Assembly (NCBI RefSeq): GCF_035594765.1
Contig: NC_085841.1
Location: 68,309,574-68,373,573 of the forward strand
Direction of reading: 5' to 3'
Length of the DNA stretch: 64,000 nt
DNA from: Anolis carolinensis
Taxonomy: Eukaryota
Part shown: piece by piece, positions 1 to 9,059 of the stretch
How positions within the stretch are numbered: the first letter of the stretch is position 1
How the letters are laid out: each line of letters begins with the position of its first letter
Translations under genes and position numbers: made by a program
The notes under the pieces: generated by a model
What the model was told of the DNA's origin: nothing
Seen by the model: only the letters and a program-made list of their open reading frames with translations
Databases searched by the model: none

Positions 1-1719
1 ATGGCATATCTTACACCCCACATTTGATAATTTATTTAAATGTTTTATTCAGAGCATAAAACATTTATGCTTCAGCAAAAAAAGGCTCCCAGAACAGCTT
101 ACAAACTGTTGATTTAATTGGTTGCCCATCCTTAGGTTTATCACCTTAAAAAAAAGAAAGAATCACAGGGGGAAAGGATTGCAGTGTGGAGGGAAATAAA
201 TCCAGCAGATGTTGGCTGCTCTTCGCTTCTTGAGAGGTCACAGCAGTGGCAGCTAGTATAGAAGGAGGCCATATCAACAGCCATTGAGACCAAGACACTG
301 TGGTGCAGTGCCTAGCTGTTCTTCTCTCCCTCAGATGGCACAGCAGTGGCAAATTGGCAATTGGTAAGGAGGGAGCACTATGAGTGATAGTAACAGTGCG
401 AATGAGTAATAATATTTAAAAGTGACGAACAGTACAAACCAAGTCATGGCTAGTGAAAAGTGGTACAACATTCCATTGACATGCTGAAATAAGAGTGCCA
501 TTCTAATATAACTGAAATGTTGCCACTGATTCTCACATTGCATATGTTTTACTGTAACATGTTCCCAGATTCATTTAGCTGTGAGCTTGAAAAATTATTA
601 AATAAAATGGCACTCACATGCTTAGAAGAGGAAGGACATTAGGCCTTTTTTAGATTCCTGCTGGTAAAACTGAAGGGAAACCAATATAAGAAGTCAATTA
701 ATTTAAATTACATAGGAGGTTCATTCTTATTGTTAATTGTATTAACCTACAAAAGATTCAGGGATTAATGAGAAATGAGGGCCATGAATGAATTGGTGGC
801 TCTCAAGGGAAGTACTAATGTGTATTATCCTTGAATTCTATAATCTGTTTTAAACTCTTAACTTGTCGTAAGCATGTGCATTTACCTGAATGTAATCCTA
901 ATTGCTTCTTCTATTGTTAGTTTTATAATTTGGTCCCAATAGCTAATCACATTTAGAGCTTCTCTTTTGAAGGCCTGATGAGACAAAAATGAGAAAAATT
1001 CTAAGGGCTCATTTATCTAATTTCAGTGGAGGTTACATTTAAAAATATTATGGAGATGAAACTCTCCTTCTTTGTTTAAAATTAAACTTTCATCTTTCAG
1101 TAAAGGCAAAGGCATGCTGAAACTTACAGTTCTGAATGGATAGTATTCTCTTCCTAAGGTTATACTTTAGTGCAGAGTGAAGAGGTGCACAGTTAAAAGA
1201 TCAGCAAATCAACTTGAATCTTCTTTGAGAATAATCATAGGTCTTTTTATCTGAAGCCTTTGATGTCTGATGGGACAGGTAGGGGTGGCTTACAATCTGG
1301 AGTTCAAGATTGTTTGAATGACTCACTCACAAACCATAGGAAATCATATAACAAATAGGCAGCCAACAGATGATGGTGAGGATCAAAAGCAGATCATCCT
1401 CCTATCCTTGTTCCTTCATGTCTAAATTTTTGAAGCTTTCCTTTGTGCTCTGATATCTGTAAGCGACACCCTTTAGAACCTGTTGCACTCTCCTGAAAAA
1501 AATACTCTTGTTCAACATAAAAGTGTAAAGGAATCCTGAAATACATATAGATAGGTTTCAAAAGGCATAACAGTACCTTCCAGGCAAAGATTCAAATCTT
1601 TTTCTCTTATCCAGACTTCTACTGGATGAATAGTGGGTGGAAATGAAATGGAAAAACTCATTCACACTCATTCAAACAGACAACTACTGTATTTCATGAT
1701 GGTGTGGCAAGTATTGTTT

Positions 1720-1744
1720 GGGGTAGGGTTGGGGGGGGGGGGGG
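1720..1744 (+). repeat. G-rich tract ending in a G14 homopolymer
   Basis: ggggtagggtt followed by 14 G, read directly. Confidence 0.85.
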
Positions 1745-2470
1745 TGATCTGAAAAAAAATTATCTATTTCACTGCTATTAATACTATAATAAGGAGTATA
1801 ATGGAGAAATTGCTCTCTGAGAATTCAAGGCAAGCCGTTTAAGCCTGAATAAAAATAGGGGCATTATTTTCTCTGATTCCTGTAATTAGTCATATTTCTG
1901 GCTTGACAGATAATATTGATATAAAAGAAATGTAATTCTGTGTTATAATTAAGGTAGATATCAGTGGAAATACATACAACATTAGACCTATCTACAAAAA
2001 CCTATAGAGATCAATTAGACTTCTGATATTGTGATTAACAAGTCTCATTCATTTCAATAGTTAGACTAACGCTGGATACGTTACATTGATTATGCACAAG
2101 TTGATAATGGACAGACCAATCCAAATTCCCAGAAAGCTGACTGGTAAGGATTCTCCATCTGCTGATGGATACTAATTCATTAGTCTGAAGTGTCTTATCT
2201 GATTCTGAAGCCCCAGTTAGGCCCTCTAAACTCATGATAAATTGTTCAGGGGCTGGAGTTAGAAAGAGCTTTATATGCTGTGCCCAGATCCCCCTAATTC
2301 CAGTACCACTATCCTCCAACACTGGATCCCACTGGCCTTTTCAGCCTTGAGCTGGCATAGCTATTTCCTTCCTGTGGGGTATATTTAAAGCTGACCCATC
2401 CACCTGTCACAGTTCTTCTCCCCTTGCTTCCATGACATTGTAGCCATTGGGTGGCTGAATCAAACTCCAC

Positions 2471-2507
2471 CCCCCCCCACACACACACACACACGCACGC
2501 ACACACA
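2471..2507 (+). repeat. poly-C + (CA)n microsatellite
   Basis: C run followed by acacacac...gcacgcacacaca. Confidence 0.9.
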
Positions 2508-2648
2508 TGAACTGCTCCCGGAATTCACTCTCCTGTTACTCATTATGGCTAATTTCCAAGAGCAATTATAGAATCAATGCAACATGCAATGCAACACAAG
2601 CAACATGTAAAATGGACAACCAGTTTTCATATACTCCTTATATGGCTG

Positions 2649-2881
2649 ACTTGAAGATTGGGTGGCTGATCTGAAGACTGCTGGTTTGAATCCAGGGAGA
2701 GCGTAGATGAGCTCCCTCTGTCAGCTCCAGCTCCCTATGCAGGGACATGAGAGAACCCTCGCACAAAGATGGTAAAAACATCAAACATTTGAATGTCTGC
2801 TGGACAATGTCCTTGCAGATGGCCAATTCTCTCACACCAGAAGCGATTTGCAGTTTATCAAATCGCTTCTGACAAGAAAAA
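2649..2881 (+). mobile_element. Anolis tRNA-derived SINE with 3' stem-loop and short A tail, 5' truncated (family name uncertain)
   Basis: Degenerate B-box-like ggtttgaatcc; 3' end ggccaattctctcacaccagaagcg...gacaagaaaaaa with a 13-bp hairpin; flanking 7-bp repeat atggctg at 2642-2648 and 2882-2888. Confidence 0.75.
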
Positions 2882-3094
2882 ATGGCTGTGCATTTTGTCC
2901 AGACATTATATGAAATCTATGTGAAAATGAGCTCGGAAATATTCCTAATTAATTGAATTTCCAATATCTTTTAGTGATTACCTATGTTGAATGGGCAGTG
3001 CACTATGCAAAATTTCTTCTTTTGATATCCACTTGTATGCATTCCCTATAATTTCATTTTAATGTGCACAAACACCATGTATATATCAATATGT

Positions 3095-3210
3095 AATCAT
3101 AGAATCATAGAATAATAGGTTTGGAAGAGACCACATGGGCCATCTAGTCATGCTGGAAAAGCACAAAGTACCCCTAACAGGTGGCTATTTAGCCTTTGTT
3201 TAAAAGCCTA
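3095..3210 (-). mobile_element. CR1 LINE 3' end fragment
   Basis: (catagaat)n = reverse complement of the CR1 terminal (ATTCTATG)n, followed by ttggaagagacc...gggccatctagtc. Confidence 0.85.
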
Positions 3211-3265
3211 ATGTGACTTCCTCTTTTCCTGTTGCCTTCACCTTTTTTTTGTTCATTAGAGACTA

Positions 3266-3556
3266 GGGACCTCATCACACTAGAGCAGTGGTTTTCAACC
3301 TGGAGTCCCCAGATGTTTTTGGCCTTCCAGAAATCCTAACTGCTGGTATTTCTGGGAGTTATAGGCTGAAAACTTCTGGGGACCCCTGGTTGGAACCACT
3401 GTACTAGAGTTTGGATCCACTTTAAATCCACTTTAGGGAGTGGCCTTTAAATAGCTCAGCCAGACAGGTCCTGGGCCTCACCAAACTACAAACCCCAGAA
3501 TTCTGCAGTAGGAAGAAACCGGATTTAAAGTGGATCCGTACTCTGGTATGATGAGG
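3266..3556. mobile_element. PIF/Harbinger-type MITE, interrupted by a hAT MITE in its left TIR
   Basis: Left end cctcatcacactagag+tttggatccactttaaatcc (after removing 3286-3409) is the inverted repeat of ggatttaaagtggatccgtactctggtatgatgagg (3521-3556). Confidence 0.75.
3286..3401. mobile_element. hAT (Charlie-type) MITE
   Basis: TIRs cagtggttttcaacc / ggttggaaccactg, palindromic body, 8-bp TSD cactagag (3278-3285) / tactagag (3402-3409). Confidence 0.9.
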
Positions 3557-3699
3557 CAGTAGGTTGGATAGATATAAAAGCAGATTAAAATATGACACTT
3601 CATTGACTTTAGCAATGTAACAAGGCCATCTGTTGAGGGTGGTCTGATTTTTTTTATCGTGTCAGTAGCGACTTGAGAACATATGCTCTGATTCATGAA

Positions 3700-3755
3700 T
3701 GGCAAGGAGTTGGACTACATGCCCCTTGCAATATTTTCCAACTCTGTGATTCTAG
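3700..3755 (+). mobile_element. old CR1 3' end fragment
   Basis: ggagttggactacatg...ttccaactctgtgattcta matches the CR1 terminal stem-loop and tail pattern. Confidence 0.6.
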
Positions 3756-5401
3756 GTTAGTAGTGCAACTAATGCGTACTTGCCACTAAGTAGATCTGGC
3801 AGGGGGCATTCTATGTGCAATACATTTAAGCCGCTGATATTTTTGTTGAAAATCTAGCAACCAGTTTACTGTTCTCAAGCTGAGAGCTTGTAAATTGATG
3901 ACCTAACTATGTCATGCTTATCAGTATTCTTCCCCCCCCCCCCCCCCGTAATGTAGCAAATCTAGCAATATCTCATCTCTGTATCCATCTTCCTGGTTCT
4001 TTAAGTGATTTTAAATTTTGCACTGGATTGGCTGTGATTAAGTCTCAGGTAGTAATTTAAAAGTAAATGAGCTTGGGTATTAGCTTCAGTACATTTTCCT
4101 AAGCATATTGTGTAGTGTTAATCTTCTTTATTATCTCTAGTTTCTTTCACTTTACTTTTGGGCAATATTTAGGCCACTGCATGAAAGCAAATCTTGCAAT
4201 GTGATTATCTCTATATTGAAATGCTGTCTATTGTACCAACTTGTTTGATGTTTTTCTCCCCTTTTACCTTTATGTTTGTGATATCGTTGGGGTAAAAATA
4301 ATTATTATATGTCACCCATATTATTTCTTTTTAATCTCTTGCAGATTAAGTGTGGTTATTTAAAACCTTTTTGATAATGCCTTCACAAGATCAGCTATAA
4401 TGAATTGGGAGATGTAATTTTTGATAAGGCCATTTACACACAACTCCTGTGAGGCTAAGCTAACAGAATATAACTAGAGCTATGTAAGGAGTTTGACACA
4501 CATACAATGAGAAAAAGACAAAAATATTGTAATTGCATGTAGGTTTTGAAGCACTTAAAATATGTAGTCAGCAAAAGAGTGGTTCAGTTAATGAACCATA
4601 TTCTTCAGGGAATAGTTGGCAAAGGGGACTGTTAATGTGATAAGGAACAGGCTTTCTTTTTGAGGTTATCCATGTACAACTAAAAGAAGATCAGTTGTGT
4701 AATGACCAAGTTTTGCTTTCCCCTGAAAACTACTTTTGCAATGATTTAACAGAATCTGCAGCAATAACCCAAGCTGCTGTGATGGTAAGAGTGCATGAGG
4801 GCAAAAGGGAAAGTCAAAGGTGGAATATTAAGAAGTATATATATTAGACTTGTGCACAAATTCAGAGTGGTCAGTTTCCTTTGGCCAATCCAGTTTGGTC
4901 GGCTTGGCCTGATGTCTGTAATGGTAAGAGCCTAGCTGCCACATTTTTCCATCCATAACAGGACCACTTGGCAGCTGATCATGGCTCCTCGTCCCCTATT
5001 CAAAATCATGCAGCATGCAAAGTGGCTGTCCCATCACACGGGGTTTTCCTGTGAGCCCTGCCTGTTGGGCCAATTGGAGCTTGGCTGGCTTGGCCTCTCT
5101 TTGGAATCTTTTTGATTTTCCTTTTTTTCTGGATACTTTTTATTTAGTGAGATTGGCTGGGAGTTGGGAACATGCAGGACAGGTGCGCATGTGTTTGGGG
5201 ACTTTGGAAAGTCACTCTTCTAGCTTCTTTTTCTCCCCTCTCCTCTCCTTCAGAAAATACTTCTAAAATAGTATTATTAATAATAATTAATAGTAAAGAA
5301 AAGCCTAATTCGCAAAAAACTACTACCTACCTACCTACTTAGTAATGTAATTCCTTTGCAAACCACAATTTCTCTCTCTTCTCTGGATTTTGAATTTCAA
5401 G

Positions 5402-5441
<40 letters not shown>
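5402..5441 (+). repeat. (ATA)n microsatellite
   Basis: about 13 perfect ata units. Confidence 0.95.
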
Positions 5442-5479
5442 GCATTAGCTGACTGTTTCCACAAGAACGCTGTTTGTGT

Positions 5480-6430
5480 TGTGACTGCGCCTTCGGGGAC
5501 TGTGCATGATAGTGGTGGGATCAGGAGAGGAAGGAAAAACCCTTGTGAGGAGGGCTCGTTGGAGGATTTGCACAGAAAGAAAATTAGGGATCTCGATGGG
5601 GAGTCTTCTGAGGAAGATTCAGATGGGGAGTGTGTGGAAGAAATGGATGCTGGGGAAGAGGTGGTGGCTGAAGAAGTGGGCACTGACTGGGCACAGGCAC
5701 CGGAGATACCTGGGGAGGAATCGGGGCCCATGGATACTGCTGACACTGGGGAAACTTGGGTATCTTCAGACCCCATTTGGTCTGCTTGGAGGAGTGAGGA
5801 TGGATCCTCAGGTGTACATGGAGCTGGACGTGGGCAGGTTGATTGGGATTCTGATGAAGAATTCGGGACACCCGACCCACGGGCGTTAGCTGTGTGGAGT
5901 TCTGATTCGGATTAAGGAATTGGGACACCTGCTCTTTGGGCATTGGTGTTTGGATGCCCAGGGGGATTGGGATAAATTGGGAATGTTTAGCCACTTTACT
6001 TTGCATGGCAAGGTGTTGCTGGGTGCCACTGGGACTCCTGTATGTGTTATTGAAGACTGGACTGGGACTTTGCTTCAGATGTAAGTTAACCTGGGTTGTT
6101 CTGCAACGGAGGGCTGGAACTGTGTGGGTTTTCCTGAACTGCACTGTTATTACTATTTTGCATTAACTGCTGTTGCCTCCGTTGCCTTGGCTCTCTGTGC
6201 CATCCCGCTTTGTGAACCTTGAATTGATGACTACAACCCTTGGACCTTGGACTGGAACTCAACTCTGCTTCTGCCTCTGCTCCTAAATGCTACTCGGCAT
6301 CACTCTCTAATTTGTGTCTACCTATGGCTCTCGACTCCTGGCTTGCCTCCCGACCCTGTTGCTGCCTCCTTTCCTGACCCTGGACCGACCTGATGACGTC
6401 ACTTCGCTTCATTCCTTGAGCTCCTGTCTA
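5480..6430 (+). mobile_element. Gypsy-type LTR fragment (solo-LTR-like, 3' end missing)
   Basis: Begins TGTGAC; GC jumps relative to flanks; purine-rich U3-like part, gataaa TATA-like motif near 5970, then pyrimidine-rich degenerate gacc(y)tggac units (6230-6400) typical of vertebrate Gypsy LTR 3' parts; no terminal CA or polyA signal seen. Confidence 0.6.
5481..5915 (+). CDS. uninterrupted 144-codon acidic ORF inside the LTR (no ATG at its start; coding status unproven)
   Basis: ORF track; basic patches RRGRKN and HRKKIR followed by D/E/S-rich sequence with several Trp residues; begins at base 2 of the LTR. Confidence 0.3.
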   Translation: MTAPSGTVHDSGGIRRGRKNPCEEGSLEDLHRKKIRDLDGESSEEDSDGECVEEMDAGEEVVAEEVGTDWAQAPEIPGEESGPMDTADTGETWVSSDPIWSAWRSEDGSSGVHGAGRGQVDWDSDEEFGTPDPRALAVWSSDSD

Positions 6431-6640
6431 CTCTCCTCTCCTTCAGAAAATAAACTTCTAAAAGATAATAATTATTAATAAAAATTAATAGTAAAGAAAA
6501 GCCTCATTCTTAGAAAACTACTACCTACCTACCTATCTATAATTTCATTCCTTTGCAAACAAGTTCTCTCTTCCATATTCTAATCACTATTGCACAACCC
6601 CTAATGCCAAAGCATTGTGAAACCATAGAGTTCAATATCA

Positions 6641-7455
6641 TCACAGCTCTAGATAAAAGCTATCTCTTAGCCTATTGTTGGCAATAATTTTTTTAAAAGA
6701 ATATCCAGAGTGAGATGGATCCCTAAGAATATTTTGAGTTTTCTTAAGGCAGCGGGAATTATAAAGTTCTTCCAGAAAGGTGAGAGGGCAACCAATAATT
6801 CTCAGAGCAGTAGTGGTAACCCTCCAGAGCACCTTCCTATCTGCCACTGTGCAATTAGCAAACCATATGCAGATACAATAGGTTAGAATACTCTCTAAAG
6901 TACAGTGGTAGAAAATCATGAGCTATTTTTCATTCAATTGTTGGTTACTTAAAAGTCTTAAAAGGTGCCCCCGGTGGCACAGCAGATTAAATCCCTTGCT
7001 AACTTGCTAACTGAAAGGTTGGTGGTTGGAAACCAGGGAGTGGAGTGAGCTCCTGCTGTTAGTGCCAGCTTCTTCTAACCTAGCAGTTATAAAACCTGCA
7101 AATGTGAGTAGATCAATAGGTACCACTCCGATGGGAAGGTAACAATGCTCCATGCAGTCATGCTGGCCACATAATCTTGGAGGTGTCTACAAACAATGCC
7201 AGCTCTTAGGCTTAGAAATGGAGATGACCACAAACCCACAGAGTCGGACACAACTAGACTTAATGTTAGGGGAAAATCTTTACCTTTACCTAAAAGTTTC
7301 AGATAATACAATCTCTGCTATACCCTCTTAACCAACACCGCAGTATGAACACACCAAGTCAGGTCCTCCTTAACAATACTATCCAGGAACTTAACATTGG
7401 CCACCCACTCCACTCACTCTTCATTTATAATCAAAGGCTGAATTTCTGATCTATT
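6641..7455 (-). mobile_element. Rex1/Babar LINE RT C-terminal fragment, split by a Sauria SINE
   Basis: Translations PLIINEE*VEWVANVKFLDSIVKEDLTW...QRLYYLKLL (7300-7445) and FYHCTLESILTYCICIWFANCTVADRKVLWRVTTTALRIIG...RDPSH (6700-6915) match Rex1 ORF motifs. Confidence 0.85.
6964..7290 (+). mobile_element. Sauria SINE, near full length
   Basis: tRNA-like head ggtgcccccggtggc, core aaatgtgagtagatcaataggtaccac, Bov-B-like tail gagtcggacacaact, terminal (accttt)n; diverged TSD taaaagtcttaaa / taaaagtttcaga. Confidence 0.93.
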
Positions 7456-7749
7456 CCACTTGCCTGCTCTGTGTACACATGGGACTGTTAACTGGAAGGA
7501 CAATACAACATGCATTGAAGTAAGAATGAGAGCTGACTGGAGCTGCTGAAGTGTGTGCTAGGGATGTAAATTTCATAAATTTAATTCTTGTAGAAAAGAA
7601 CAAAAATTAATGAAAGCCCAGACACTGAATCTAAGGCCACCTCTAAACCCACGGATGTACATTCTACAGGAGAAATGTGAGGGAGTGGGAATCACATCAA
7701 AACTCAAAGTAAAATTAAAAGCGAGAACAAACAAGTTTTTAGATATCTA

Positions 7750-8157
7750 CCGTGTTTCCCCGAAAATAAGACAGTGTCTTATATTAATTTTTGCTCTCAA
7801 AGATGTGCTAGGTCTTATTTTCAGGGGATGTCTTGTTTTTCCATGAAGAAGAATTCACATTTATTGTTGAACAAAAAAATGAACATTATATACTGTACAG
7901 TAGTTGTCATCACAAACCAGCATAACCAGACAAACTGTGAATCCTATCAAGATTTTTTGTTACCACCATTATTTTCATGTACAACTGGTATGTACATTTA
8001 CCGATCCTGCATGCTCTGGTGTTCTGTTTGGCGGGCATGCTTCCAAACAAAAACTTTGCTAGGTCTTATTTTTGGGGGAGGCCTTATATTTAGCAATTCA
8101 GCAAAATTTCTACTAGGTCTTATTTTTCGGGGATGTCTTATTTTTGGGGAAACAGGG
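7750..8157 (+). mobile_element. Tc1/mariner-superfamily (Tc2/pogo-like) MITE
   Basis: TIRs ccgtgtttccccgaaaataagaca / tgtcttatttttggggaaacaggg; TA TSD on both sides; subterminal ctaggtcttattt repeats; second copy at 59201-59619. Confidence 0.92.
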
Positions 8158-8395
8158 TATATACAAGAGTTGCAAGATGAACTTGATATCCTACTGCAGA
8201 GAAAAACATGCTTTATAGGTATAACAGAAACTTGGTAGGATGACTGCCATGACTGGAATATAATAATTGAAGGGTATAATCTCTTCAAAAAAAGTTAGGA
8301 CAGAAAAGAAGGGGAGTAGCATTGCATATCAACTACAAATTCACTTGTATGAAAATCCATGAGAATGATCAAAGTGGACTGATAGGGAGCATTTA

Positions 8396-8531
8396 GGTCC
8401 CTTCCACACTGCCCCTATATCCTGGGATCTGGTCCCAGATTGTTTTCTTATACCAGATTATCTGGCAGTGGAGACTCATATAATCCAGACTTGGATCAGA
8501 TCCTGGGATTTAGAGCAGTGTAGAAGGGGCC
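8396..8531. mobile_element. PIF/Harbinger-type MITE
   Basis: TIRs ggtcccttccacactgc / gcagtgtagaaggggcc; 3-bp TSD TTA. Confidence 0.88.
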
Positions 8532-8842
8532 TTAGATAAATATAAATGGAGAAAGAAAGACAAACAGCATTATGGCATATATTTTTTGGCATTCAGGTGG
8601 TTGGCTGGGCCAAAAACATGTTAGGGTCACTGCCATATTAGAGCAACTAGCGAGAAGCAGCTCCCTCATAAATGCTTGATGGTGATGTTGTTTCAGATGG
8701 TCACATGGGCACCCAGTAGTGACTTCATCAAAAGTAAAGTAAACCAGCAAACCAGTGATGGAGTTGTTTTTGGTTGGCAACACAACAATGGATCTGTTGA
8801 ATGTATGGATACTGGACTGGGCACTTCAGAAATAGAACCAAT

Positions 8843-8986
8843 TGCCAGGAGAGGTTGTGGTGTCTCCTTTTCTGGATGTCTTCAGAAAGAGTCTAGGGGT
8901 GTTCTAACTAGAGTTCCAGAAATGAGCACAGGTTTGGACCTGATAACCCACGGAGACCTTTCTAACCCTATGAGTCTATGATTGTA
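8843..8986 (+). mobile_element. CR1 3' end
   Basis: gttgtggtgtctccttttctggatgtcttc...ggtttggacc...ccctatgagtctatgatt. Confidence 0.75.
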
Positions 8987-9059
8987 TTATTTTAATTCCT
9001 TGCAGCAGATTAAAAGGGTAACATTAGAGTTTAGGATTTGCTCCATACATAAAAGTGAA

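Larger units (their letters stand above)
4845..6603 (+). mobile_element. non-autonomous hAT-like element (TAG-type termini), rearranged and interrupted by an LTR; same family as 57685-59713
   Basis: Starts tagacttgtgca; 4845-5440 aligns by eye, inverted, to 58170-59713; TIR-like end tgcacaaccccta at 6591-6603; no TSD visible. Confidence 0.65.
7735..8575 (+). mobile_element. CR1 ORF2 endonuclease fragment carrying two MITE insertions
   Basis: FRYL|YT...QDELDILL...IGITETW*DDCHDWNIIIEGYNLF...GVALHI...GSI*|ININGE once 7750-8157 and 8396-8531 are removed. Confidence 0.8.

Noticed and set aside
335-363. Possible 29-nt micro-exon (ttcttctctccctcag|...ttg|gtaagg)
   Set aside because: Not a multiple of 3, no recognisable peptide and no partner exons; such site pairs occur by chance
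5339-6144. Minus-strand ORFs of 145 and 186 aa over the LTR
   Set aside because: Antisense shadows of G-rich sequence and an (ATA)n repeat (poly-Tyr); no motifs
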